Shown here piece after piece: positions 55,418-64,000 of a stretch of 64,000 nucleotides of DNA. The notes beneath the pieces are model-generated. The model worked only from the letters and a program-made list of their open reading frames with translations. It did not search any database and was not told where the DNA came from. Position 1 is the first letter of the stretch. Every line of letters begins with the position of its first letter. The stretch is from an uncultured Alphaproteobacteria bacterium (lineage in GTDB: Bacteria > Pseudomonadota > Alphaproteobacteria > Rhizobiales > Beijerinckiaceae), in contig CAVZWU010000004.1 in the NCBI GenBank assembly GCA_963779095.1, positions 4,048 to 68,047 on the forward strand, written 5' to 3'. The position numbers and the translations under genes were made by a program.

Positions 55418-56926
55418 ATGGCAATGAACGACGCTCCGCCGCTTCTTCACATTCGCGGCGTCGCGAAGACGTTCGGAGCGGTCAGGGCCCTGCGCTCGGC
55501 GGACCTCGAGGTGCGACCGGGCGAAGCGCATGCGCTCATGGGCGCAAACGGGGCGGGCAAGAGCACGCTGGTCAAGATCATCACCGGCGTGTTCCCGGCG
55601 GATGAGGGCGAAATGGTCCTCGCGGGTCAGCCCGTGGCTTTTCGGTCGCCGGGCGAAGCGCGCCGGGCCGGCATCGTGTCGGTCTATCAGGATCCCGCGA
55701 TCGTTCCTGATCTCACGGTGGCGCAGAACATGCGCCTCGCCCGCGTGTCCCTCGACAAGGTCAAGACCGCGATGCGCGAGCTTGGCGTCGAGCGGGTCGA
55801 TCTCAGAACCGTGGCGCGCGACGTCGACTTTGCCCATTTGCGGCTGATCGATCTCGCACGCGCGCTCGCTTCCGACCCGCGCATTCTGATGTTGGACGAG
55901 ATCACCGCGGCGCTGCCGGCGGACCTCTCCGAGCGCGTGTTCAAGGTCGTGCGTGATTTTCGCAGCCGCGGCGCGAGCGTGATCTTCATTTCGCATCGCA
56001 TGGCCGAGATCGCCATGCTCTGCGACCGGGCGACGGTGCTGCGCGATGGGGTCACTGTGGGCGTGACCCCGACCAGGGGCGCCGAAGAGACGATCGTCAA
56101 CCTCATGCTGGGTTCGGACGTGGCCAGGGCGACGGCGGCGCCGGTCGCGCGCGCGCGCCGTCCCGAGGCGGCGCGCGAGACTCCGGCGCTCGAAGTTACG
56201 GACCTTGCCTACGGACATGCCCTGCATGGCGTCTCCTTCCGCGTCAATCGCGGCGAAGTGCTGGGTGTCGCCGCTCTCGAAGGGCAAGGCCAGGAGGAGC
56301 TGTTCGACTGCATCGCGGGCGTCAGGCGCGCCGACACGGGAGAAGTACGGGCCGAAGGGCGCGTCCTCAAGGCGCGCCATCCTGCGGACGCGATCCGCGC
56401 CGGCCTGGTGCTGGTCCCGGCCAACCGGCTGGTCTCGCTCCTGCCGCAGCGCTCGGTGCAGGAGAATGTGGCGCTGGCGGCGTTTGGCCCCTTGCGCAAC
56501 TGGGGGCCCATTGCGATGGGCGAGGAGCGGCGCCGGGTGGACGCTGCGGTGCGGAAACTGCAGATCGACACTCGCGCCGCTGCGGAAGTGAGACGCCTCA
56601 GTGGCGGCAACATGCAGAAGGTCGTCATCGCCCGCTGGATCGCGGCCGGCTTCAAGACCCTGCTCTGCTTCGATCCGACGCGCGGCATCGACATCGGCAC
56701 CAAGCAGCAGATCTATGCGCTCATGCGCGAGATCGCGGATTCGGGCCTCTCGGTCCTGCTGTTCACCTCGGAACTGCCGGAGATCCGCCTTGCGTGCGAT
56801 CGGGCAGTCGTTCTGTTTGGCGGTCGCCTCGTGAGCGAGATGCCCGCAGCGGAAGCGGACGAAGCGAGCCTCTTAAGAGCCGCGCACGGCCTTGGCCGCG
56901 CCGAGGCCGCAGCGGCGCTCGCATGA
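55418..56926 (+). CDS. Sugar ABC ATP-binding protein
   Basis: GANGAGKST, LSGGNMQK, DPTRGID. Confidence 0.92.
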   Translation: MAMNDAPPLLHIRGVAKTFGAVRALRSADLEVRPGEAHALMGANGAGKSTLVKIITGVFPADEGEMVLAGQPVAFRSPGEARRAGIVSVYQDPAIVPDLTVAQNMRLARVSLDKVKTAMRELGVERVDLRTVARDVDFAHLRLIDLARALASDPRILMLDEITAALPADLSERVFKVVRDFRSRGASVIFISHRMAEIAMLCDRATVLRDGVTVGVTPTRGAEETIVNLMLGSDVARATAAPVARARRPEAARETPALEVTDLAYGHALHGVSFRVNRGEVLGVAALEGQGQEELFDCIAGVRRADTGEVRAEGRVLKARHPADAIRAGLVLVPANRLVSLLPQRSVQENVALAAFGPLRNWGPIAMGEERRRVDAAVRKLQIDTRAAAEVRRLSGGNMQKVVIARWIAAGFKTLLCFDPTRGIDIGTKQQIYALMREIADSGLSVLLFTSELPEIRLACDRAVVLFGGRLVSEMPAAEADEASLLRAAHGLGRAEAAAALA

Positions 56927-57909
56927 CGACTGCGGCAGCTCGATCCGACGCCCCCTCCTTGAGAAGGCTCGCGCGCGCCGGCCGGCTTCTCGGCATGCCG
57001 CTCCTGTTCGCGGCGGCGATGGCCGCGACGGTCGCGATCCATCCCGATTTTGGCTCGTTTGAAGTCCAGTCCCTGGCGCTCGGCGCCCTGCCGCTCGCGC
57101 TTGCCGCCGCAGCCCAGGCGATCGTCATCATCAGCGGCGGCATCGACCTCTCGATCGGCTCCATGATCGCGGTGTCGAACGTCCTCTCCGCCAGCTTGAT
57201 GCAGCACGCCACTTTCGGCCAGTCGCTCGCCCTTTCGCTCCTCGTCCTCGCCGCTGGCGCCGGCCAGGGATTGCTGAACGGCCTTGTCGTCGCCGTCTCG
57301 CGCATTCCCGACGTCGTCGCCACCCTGACCACCGGATTCATCTGGGGCGGCGTCGCGCTGCTCATTCTCGAGCGTCCCGGCGGGGGCGCGCCGGCCGCCT
57401 ACCTCAACATCGCCGCCGGCGCGGATTTCGGGCCATGGGCGCCAAACGCGCTTGTGGTGATGGTCGTCGCCGTCGCCGCGATCTGGCTGCCGATCAGGCT
57501 CAGCCGCATCGGACTTCTGATCTACGCCGCCGGCAGCGATCCGGTCGCTGCGTTCCGCAGCGGCGTCAACGTCATGAGAGCGCGCACGATCGCCTATATG
57601 TTCAGCGGAATCGCCTGCGCGGTCGGCGGCATGGCGCTCACCATGACGACCGGAATCGGCGCGCCGCTGGCCGGCGCCTATTACACGCTGAGCAGCGTCG
57701 CCGCCGTCGTCATCGGCGGCGTCAGCCTGGCGGGCGGGCGCGGGGGAATGGCGGGGCCGGTCATCGCCGCGCTTCTTCTCACGCTCGCCCCGATGGACCT
57801 CGTCTTCCTGGGCATCGACCCGAATTATGGGCAGGTCATCCAGGGCACGCTGATCGTGCTGGTGGTGATGGTCGCGGGCCTCTTCGCCTATCTGCACGAA
57901 CGCAAATGA
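56923..57909 (+). CDS. Sugar ABC permease
   Basis: GGIDLSIG, VIGGVSLAGGRG. Confidence 0.9.
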   Translation: MTTAAARSDAPSLRRLARAGRLLGMPLLFAAAMAATVAIHPDFGSFEVQSLALGALPLALAAAAQAIVIISGGIDLSIGSMIAVSNVLSASLMQHATFGQSLALSLLVLAAGAGQGLLNGLVVAVSRIPDVVATLTTGFIWGGVALLILERPGGGAPAAYLNIAAGADFGPWAPNALVVMVVAVAAIWLPIRLSRIGLLIYAAGSDPVAAFRSGVNVMRARTIAYMFSGIACAVGGMALTMTTGIGAPLAGAYYTLSSVAAVVIGGVSLAGGRGGMAGPVIAALLLTLAPMDLVFLGIDPNYGQVIQGTLIVLVVMVAGLFAYLHERK

Positions 57910-58847
57910 GCGCGCTCCTCACTTTCCTGCGCGCGCACACGATCTATGCGCTGATCCTGCTCCTGGCGGTTTTCGTCGTCGGCGTCGAGCTGGTGAGGCC
58001 GGGGACGGTGACGCCGCTTTGGGCCTCGAACACGCTCCTGTTCGCGGCCCCGCTCGCCATCATGGGCGCCGGACAGACGATGGTGATGCTGACCGGCGGC
58101 ATCGACCTTTCGGTCGCGAGCGTGGCGACCGGAGCCGCCTACCTGCTTGCGACCAACGCCTCCCTGGGCGCCCTCCCGGCGATCGGCCTTGCGCTCCTCC
58201 TCGGCGCCGTTGTCGGGATCGTCAACGGGATTGGCGTGGCGCTCCTTCGCGTGCAGCCGCTCGTCATGACGCTCGGCGCCGGCCTCATGACCGGTGGGGT
58301 GATGATCGTCTACAGCCAGCACATGATGGCGAGCCAGCCGCATGTCCCGGAAATCATCCAAACGCTGGGCGCGGGAAAGGTGCTTGGGCTGGTCCCGGTC
58401 GACCTCTTCCTCTGGCTCGTCATCGGCGCGCTGATTCTGTTCGGCCTGCAACGGACCGGCTTCGGCCGGCTTCTCTATGCGGTCGGCGACAATCGCGAGG
58501 CCTGCCATCTCGCCGGCGTCAGAGTGTGGCGCGTCCTGTTCGCCAATTATCTCATCTGCGCGATTCTCGCGGCGATCACCGGACTGGTGCTGGTGGGGGG
58601 CACAAACGCGGCCGATCTCAGCCTCGCCGACAGCTACCTCTTGCCCTCGGTCGCCTGCGTGGTGATCGGCGGCACTTCGATCTTCGGGGGACGCGGCGGC
58701 TACTCGGGGACCATCGTCGGCGCCTTGATCCTGACCGTCCTCACCGGCCTGCTCACGCTGCTCGACGTCGCCGAGCCGATCAAGCAGATCCTTTACGGAG
58801 CGATCATCCTTTCGCTCGCCGCGGCTTATGCGCGGCTCACGGAATGA
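57906..58847 (+). CDS. Sugar ABC permease
   Basis: GGIDLSVA, FGRLLYAVGDN, VIGGTSIFGGRG. Confidence 0.9.
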   Translation: MSALLTFLRAHTIYALILLLAVFVVGVELVRPGTVTPLWASNTLLFAAPLAIMGAGQTMVMLTGGIDLSVASVATGAAYLLATNASLGALPAIGLALLLGAVVGIVNGIGVALLRVQPLVMTLGAGLMTGGVMIVYSQHMMASQPHVPEIIQTLGAGKVLGLVPVDLFLWLVIGALILFGLQRTGFGRLLYAVGDNREACHLAGVRVWRVLFANYLICAILAAITGLVLVGGTNAADLSLADSYLLPSVACVVIGGTSIFGGRGGYSGTIVGALILTVLTGLLTLLDVAEPIKQILYGAIILSLAAAYARLTE

Positions 58848-59049
58848 TGGAGGGCCGTCGCTCCGGCGGGGGCGGCGCGCTAACGTAGCCGCACTTTTAC
58901 CGGCGCCCCCTCATGTTTTCAGTGGGTTAGGACCCCGTTTAGTTCCGCGCTTAAAAAATCGCGCGGTGGCGGCGCTCGGGCTAAAACACATTTCATACAT
59001 GTGAATAACGGCAGACTTCATCCAACGGCTCTCGCGCTCCCGCCCGCGT

Positions 59050-60561
59050 TCAGCCCTTGCTCCCGCTCGCATCGGTCGCCGCCTTCAGGAACACATGCCG
59101 CTCCCGCCATTCCTCCGGCCCCGCTTCGGGCGGCGTATCCAGAAACATCACCGGGGCGCCCTCGCTGCGATAGGACGGCCAGCGCGGCAAGTCGGGACCG
59201 TTGGGATCGCCGCTCATCACGAAGTTGATCCAGTAGCTCGACGCGAGCTTGGCCAGCGCGCGGTCGGAATCGTCGATCGCCCACGGAAAAGCATGCAGAT
59301 TGTCGAACACATAGAGCAGTTCGCCCGCATGGAAGGCGCCGGCGTCGCGACTGTCACGCTCGCCGAACCACCCCTGCGGCGTGAGCGGCGCGCGGTCGAA
59401 GCGGAAGCGGAAAACGTCGGCGCGGCCGGTTTTCTTCTGCGCCTCGATCCAGGCCCAGGTCGGATGAATGATGGCGAGGTCGCCGCCGAGCGCGGCGGCG
59501 GAAGCCGCGTCGCGCTCCGCCGATCCGTCCGGATAGTGCTTAAGCGCCGCCTCCGTCCGCCCGCCGAAGATCGCGCGGACAAGCTCGGCGTAGGAGCGCT
59601 TCGCGTCGTCGCCCTGAAGAAGCGTGAAGTTGAAGCCTTCGTCCTTGTTCCAGCCAGCCATCAGTGGAACGTCGTTCTGCTCGCCGGCGGCGAAGATGTC
59701 CGTGGGCGAACGCGGCAGAAACCATCCATCGACGATCGGCCGAAAACCGAGCCCCGGCGCGGCGGCGAGGATCGCGCCGGCTGGAGCGGCGCGCAATTCG
59801 GCCAGCGAATTCGCGCCGACCTTGCGCATGAAATCGAGGCCTGCCGCCTCGGCCTTCTCGAGCTGCGCCCGCGCGCGCGTGGGCGACGGGAACATCGCCC
59901 CGCTCTCGCCGATCGCGCGCGCGAACAGGCCCCTGGCGAGGGGCGAGGCCATCAGTCCGCTCACCGCATGGGAGCCCGCGAATTCGCCGGCGATCGTGAC
60001 CTGGTCCGGATCGCCGCCGAAAGCGGCGATGTTGCGCCTGACCCATTCGAGCGCGGCGACAAGGTCGAGAAAACCGTAGGCGCCCGAGCTACGATGATCC
60101 GATTCCGCCGTGAGTTCGGGATGGGCGAGGAAACCAAGCGCATTGAGCCGATGGTTGACGCTGACGACGACGGCGCCGCGCGCGGCGAGGCGCGCGCCGT
60201 CGTAGCGCGGCTCCGCGCCTGAGCCGACGACGAAGCCGCCGCCATGAACCCAGACCATCACCGGCAGACGCGGGTCCGTCCCCGAAGCGGCCGGCGTCCA
60301 GACGTTGAGATAGAGGCAATCCTCGGACATGCCGGCGCCGTTGAGGTCGATGTCGTCCCAGACGATTCCCTGCACCGAACTCGGCCCGAAGGCATGAGTT
60401 GGCCGCACGCCCGTCCAGGCCGCGGCCGGCTGAGGTGGGCGCCAGCGCAGGGGCCCGACGGGCGGCGCCGCATAGGGAATGCCTTTGTAGACGCGCACGC
60501 CGTCCGCGTCCGGCTCGGGAATTGCGAGCGCGCCGCTGTCGATCATGAGATTCTTCGTCAT
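59050..60561 (-). CDS. Type-B carboxylesterase (PnbA-like); nucleophile motif reads GEFAG
   Basis: KGIPYAAPPVG, SEDCLYLNVW, HGGG, FGGDP; TGATG overlap with the enolase stop. Confidence 0.88.
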   Translation of the reverse strand: MTKNLMIDSGALAIPEPDADGVRVYKGIPYAAPPVGPLRWRPPQPAAAWTGVRPTHAFGPSSVQGIVWDDIDLNGAGMSEDCLYLNVWTPAASGTDPRLPVMVWVHGGGFVVGSGAEPRYDGARLAARGAVVVSVNHRLNALGFLAHPELTAESDHRSSGAYGFLDLVAALEWVRRNIAAFGGDPDQVTIAGEFAGSHAVSGLMASPLARGLFARAIGESGAMFPSPTRARAQLEKAEAAGLDFMRKVGANSLAELRAAPAGAILAAAPGLGFRPIVDGWFLPRSPTDIFAAGEQNDVPLMAGWNKDEGFNFTLLQGDDAKRSYAELVRAIFGGRTEAALKHYPDGSAERDAASAAALGGDLAIIHPTWAWIEAQKKTGRADVFRFRFDRAPLTPQGWFGERDSRDAGAFHAGELLYVFDNLHAFPWAIDDSDRALAKLASSYWINFVMSGDPNGPDLPRWPSYRSEGAPVMFLDTPPEAGPEEWRERHVFLKAATDASGSKG

Positions 60562-61886
60562 CAAACTCGCCATCCGGAACTCGTTTCGACTGGTTTCGCC
60601 ATCCCTCGCATCGGCGTTTCGTCGAGGCCGGCGAAACGCGCCTTCGGGCCAAGCGCCTCTTCGATGCGCAGCGCCTCGTTCCATTTCGCCATTCGCTCTG
60701 AGCGCGCGAACGAGCCGACCTTGAGCTGTCCGGCGCTCCAGCCGATCGCGAGATGAACGATCGAAATGTCCTCGGTCTCGCCCGACCGCGCCGAGACGAT
60801 CGTGCCGAAGCCGGCGCGGCGCCCCTCGTCCAGGGCTGCCTTCGCTTCGCTGACCGTTCCGGCCTGGTTGACCTTGATCAGCGCGGCGTTGACGCTTTTC
60901 TGGCGCGCCGCCTCGCGCACCCGGCCTGCGCTGGTGACGAGGTAATCGTCGCCGATCACCTGGACGCGGTCGCCGACCGCCGCAGTGAAGCGCTCGAACC
61001 CCTTGTCGTCATCCTCGGCGAACGGGTCCTCGATCGACAGGATCGGATAGCGGTCGAGCCAGCGAAACAGCATCTCGGCCAGGGCGTCGCGGTCGAGCTC
61101 GCGCTGATCGAGGCCCAGACGATAGCGGCCGCCCTGACCGAATTCCGATGCGGCGATGTCGAGCGAGAGGCTGACATCCTCGCCCGGAGCAAGGCCGGCG
61201 CGCTCGATCGCGCGCATCAGCGTGTCGAGCGCCTCCTCGTTGGTCGAAAAGGCCGGCCACCAGCCGCCTTCGTCGGCCACGCCCTGGAGCAGGCCGCGCT
61301 CGGCCATGATCGCGCCCGCGGCGCGATAGACTTCGGCCGTCACTTCCAGCGCGTCGGCGAAGCTTTTGGCGCGCGGCGCGATGACCATGAAATCCTGGAC
61401 GTCGGTGCGCCGTCCCGCATGCGCGCCGCCGCCGAAGATCTGGATCTCGGGGAGCGGAATGATCGCCTGTCCCTCGCCCAGGAGATGGCGCCAGAGCGGC
61501 AAGCCTTGGCTTGCGGCCGCGGCATGAAGCACAGCGAGCGAAACGGCGGTGAGCGCGTTGCCGCCGAGCCTCGCCTTGTTCGGCGTGCCGTCGAGGGCGA
61601 TGAGCTTCGCGTCGATCGCGGCCTGGTCGAACGGATCAAGCCCGATGAGCGCGGGCGCGATTTCTTTTGTGATCCCGGCGAGCGCATTCTGCACGTCGAG
61701 GCCGCCGAAGCGTTTTCCACCATCGCGCTTTTCGATCGCCTCGCGGCTCCCGCGCGAGGCGCCGGCGGGGGCAATACCCCGGCCGATCGGGCCGTCGCTG
61801 AGCAAAATTTCCGCTTCGACGGTCGGGCGACCGCGCGAATCCCAGATGCGCCGGGCGACCAGCGACTGGATGACGGGTTCGCTCAT
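60561..61886 (-). CDS. Enolase paralog (divergent phosphopyruvate hydratase-like)
   Basis: DSRGRPTVE, DEGG, LDIAASE, SIEDP, GDD, IKVNQ, RSGETED. Confidence 0.9.
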   Translation of the reverse strand: MSEPVIQSLVARRIWDSRGRPTVEAEILLSDGPIGRGIAPAGASRGSREAIEKRDGGKRFGGLDVQNALAGITKEIAPALIGLDPFDQAAIDAKLIALDGTPNKARLGGNALTAVSLAVLHAAAASQGLPLWRHLLGEGQAIIPLPEIQIFGGGAHAGRRTDVQDFMVIAPRAKSFADALEVTAEVYRAAGAIMAERGLLQGVADEGGWWPAFSTNEEALDTLMRAIERAGLAPGEDVSLSLDIAASEFGQGGRYRLGLDQRELDRDALAEMLFRWLDRYPILSIEDPFAEDDDKGFERFTAAVGDRVQVIGDDYLVTSAGRVREAARQKSVNAALIKVNQAGTVSEAKAALDEGRRAGFGTIVSARSGETEDISIVHLAIGWSAGQLKVGSFARSERMAKWNEALRIEEALGPKARFAGLDETPMRGMAKPVETSSGWRV

Positions 61887-62908
61887 CGCGCGCTTATCCA
61901 TGCGGCGGCGACATCCATCAGGCGGCGGGGCGGATCGGCGATCAGCGGCATGGCGCACCGGCGCACGGCGGCGCGCTCGCTCTCGCGCGTGAGGTATTCG
62001 ACCGGAGACTTGCCGTCGACCCTGGCGAGAAAAAGCGCCGGAAGCAAAGCAGCGGCGCGCGCTTCGAGCTTGTCCGCGGGTTCCCAGTCGACGCCGGCGA
62101 GATAGGCGTCGGCGAGCGCGGAAAAAGCGGAATTGTAGCGCGCCCGATCCGCGTCCTCGCGCGCACCTTTAAGCAGGAGATGATTGAGACAGAAGGCGAG
62201 ATCGAAGGCCGGATCGCCGAACCAGGCGCATTCGGCGTCGAGGAACACCGGCCCCTCGGGGCCTTGCAGGATGTTTTTCGGGCTGACGTCGCCGTGAACC
62301 AGCGCCCGTTTGGTCGTGAGCGTGACGCGAGCGAGTTCGTCGAATCGCGAGGCAAGCTCGGGATGGGCGCGGCCCGTCGCGCGCAGGTAAGGCTCGATGC
62401 GGATCGCCTCGAACGTGTCGTCGTTGGCGAAGGCGGGCGGAATGTCCGGATCGGCGGCGCTGCGCGCATGGATGAGGCCAAGATCGCGTCCGACCGCGGC
62501 GGCGAAATCCACGTCCACGATTCCGGCGAGAAGCTCAGCCTTCCATAAGCGATGCCGCTCGGGCGCAAGATAGTCCATCGCGAACCAGCCCGCTTTCTCG
62601 TCTTCGCCAAGCACGCGCGGAACGGCGCGGGGCCGCCAGCGCTGAACCGCGCGCATATAGGCCGCTTCCGCCGCGTTGCGTTCGACCGGCGCCTCCCACA
62701 GCGCGGCGACCTTGAGCCTCGGCAGCGCGCGCTTGACGCAGAAGCGCCGGCCGCCCGCTTCGATGAGCGAGATGTCCGAGGACACTCCGCCGGTCAGCGG
62801 CGTGAGGCGGACGGATTCTCCCGCTTTCACGAGACCCATGCGGCGCAGGGGCTCGATCAGGTCGCCGGTCTCGATGAGCGCAGGCTTGTGCACGCGCGCC
62901 CGCTCCAT
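61883..62908 (-). CDS. APH / methylthioribose-kinase-like small-molecule kinase
   Basis: GGVSS, VKRA, HGDVSPKN, LDAE, GDPAFD. Confidence 0.85.
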   Translation of the reverse strand: MERARVHKPALIETGDLIEPLRRMGLVKAGESVRLTPLTGGVSSDISLIEAGGRRFCVKRALPRLKVAALWEAPVERNAAEAAYMRAVQRWRPRAVPRVLGEDEKAGWFAMDYLAPERHRLWKAELLAGIVDVDFAAAVGRDLGLIHARSAADPDIPPAFANDDTFEAIRIEPYLRATGRAHPELASRFDELARVTLTTKRALVHGDVSPKNILQGPEGPVFLDAECAWFGDPAFDLAFCLNHLLLKGAREDADRARYNSAFSALADAYLAGVDWEPADKLEARAAALLPALFLARVDGKSPVEYLTRESERAAVRRCAMPLIADPPRRLMDVAAAWISAR

Positions 62909-62946
62909 TCACGTAAGGGTTAGCGGCGCGATGCGCTCGGAAGAGT

Positions 62947-63065
62947 CGTCATCGCGAGGACCCGCGGGCTTGATCCGCGGGGACGTGGCGATCCAGGAGT
63001 TGGAGAGCCCCGACGTTCCCCTGGATTGCTTCCCCCCGGACTGTGATCCGGGGGTCGCAATGACG
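62947..63065. repeat. Intergenic palindromic (REP/RPE-like) element
   Basis: Terminal IR CGTCATCGCGA / TCGCAATGACG, inner GCGATCCAG / CTGGATTGC pair, two internal hairpins. Confidence 0.75.
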
Positions 63066-63094
63066 ATCGTGGTTCGAACCAATTGCATCATGCA

Positions 63095-63847
63095 TTAGTA
63101 GGTCGCGCGGCCGCCCGAAAGATCGAACACCGCGCCGGTGGTGAACGAGCATTCGCGGCTCGCGAGCCAGCAGACGATCGCGGCCGCCTCCTCGACGGTG
63201 CCGAAGCGCTCCATCGGAATTTTCGAGCGCATGTAGGCGATATGAGCCTCCGACACCTGCGCCAGGATCGGCGTGTCGATCGTCGCCGGCGTGATCGTGT
63301 TCACGGTGACGCCGTCCTTCGCCAGTTCCTTGCCGAGCGACTTGGTGAGGCCGATGACCGCGGCCTTTGAAGCGCTGTAAGCGGAGGCGGTCGGATTGCC
63401 CTCCTTGCCGGCGATCGAGGCGATGTTGACGATGCGCCCGTAGCCCCGCTCCTTCATCAGTTTGGCGACAAAACGGTTGCAGTAGAAGAGGCCGTTGACG
63501 TTGATGTCGAAGACGCGCTTCCATTCATCAACGGGATAGTTGATGACGAGGGCGTTCTGGCCCGCCACGCCCGCCGAGCAGACGAGGATGTCGATATGGC
63601 CCATCTCGCCGGCGGCCGCGAGAGTCGCGCGCTCGACCGCGCTCGGGTCGGTGACGTCGACGCGGTCAGCTCGCCCGCTTTTGGCGCCGATCTCCCCGAT
63701 CGCCGCCTTCAACCGCGCGGGATCCTGGTCCCAGATCGTGACCCGCCCGCCCTCGGCGGCGATGCGCTTCGCGACGCCGAGCCCGATGCCCGAAGCGCCG
63801 CCCGTCACCACCGCCGTCATGCCCTCAAACCGCTTGGCGTCCGACAC
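63095..63847 (-). CDS. SDR oxidoreductase (GKEGNP subgroup)
   Basis: TGGASGIG, NIASIAGKEGNP, YSASK, FDLSGGRATY. Confidence 0.9.
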   Translation of the reverse strand: MSDAKRFEGMTAVVTGGASGIGLGVAKRIAAEGGRVTIWDQDPARLKAAIGEIGAKSGRADRVDVTDPSAVERATLAAAGEMGHIDILVCSAGVAGQNALVINYPVDEWKRVFDINVNGLFYCNRFVAKLMKERGYGRIVNIASIAGKEGNPTASAYSASKAAVIGLTKSLGKELAKDGVTVNTITPATIDTPILAQVSEAHIAYMRSKIPMERFGTVEEAAAIVCWLASRECSFTTGAVFDLSGGRATY

Positions 63848-63881
63848 TCTTCGCCCTCCTGCTCATGTTCTCAGCGGTCGC

Positions 63882-64000
63882 TCATCCAGGGAACAGCGTT
63901 TCCCCGCCGTCGACCCGAAGCACCTGGCCGCTGATATATTTGCTCCTCGGCCCTGCGAGGAAGGCGACCGCGTCGGCCATCTCGTCCGGCTCCCCATAAC
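63882..64000 (-). CDS. SDR oxidoreductase, C-terminal part (runs off the window)
   Basis: YGEPDEMADAVAFLA..SKYISGQVLRVDGG. Confidence 0.8.
   Translation of the reverse strand, partial: YGEPDEMADAVAFLAGPRSKYISGQVLRVDGGETLFPG

Overview
GC-rich alphaproteobacterial (Hyphomicrobiales-like) chromosomal window. The left ~13.2 kb is a mobile or accessory region. It holds an intact tyrosine integrase divergent from an rrf2 gene whose 5' part has foreign-looking codon usage, an IS21 element cutting into the rrf2 3' end, and a lower-GC catabolic island (FAH hydrolase, cyclase, sugar-type ABC, GntR, 2-hydroxyacid dehydrogenase) carrying two ~100-bp CTAG-bounded MITE-like repeats at stop codons. The region ends at a 3' half tRNA-Arg(CCT) att-like fragment. 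The remainder carries a TetR/RND pump, a histidine kinase-receiver-adenylate cyclase module, urtABCDE with a sigma54 promoter, EpsD-like and beta-helix genes, hpnM/G/H-ispH, a porin, ppx, a large Gfo/Idh/MocA-isomerase-ABC sugar cluster, and an SDR-kinase-divergent enolase-esterase operon. The best candidates for undescribed systems are (1) an integrative element that may target rrf2 and replace its 5' end, (2) a kinase plus active-site-remodelled enolase pathway, and (3) stop-codon-targeting MITEs bracketing a gene. Many genes show single-base frameshifts that are most likely sequencing errors. All calls are by motif recognition only; no searches were run.
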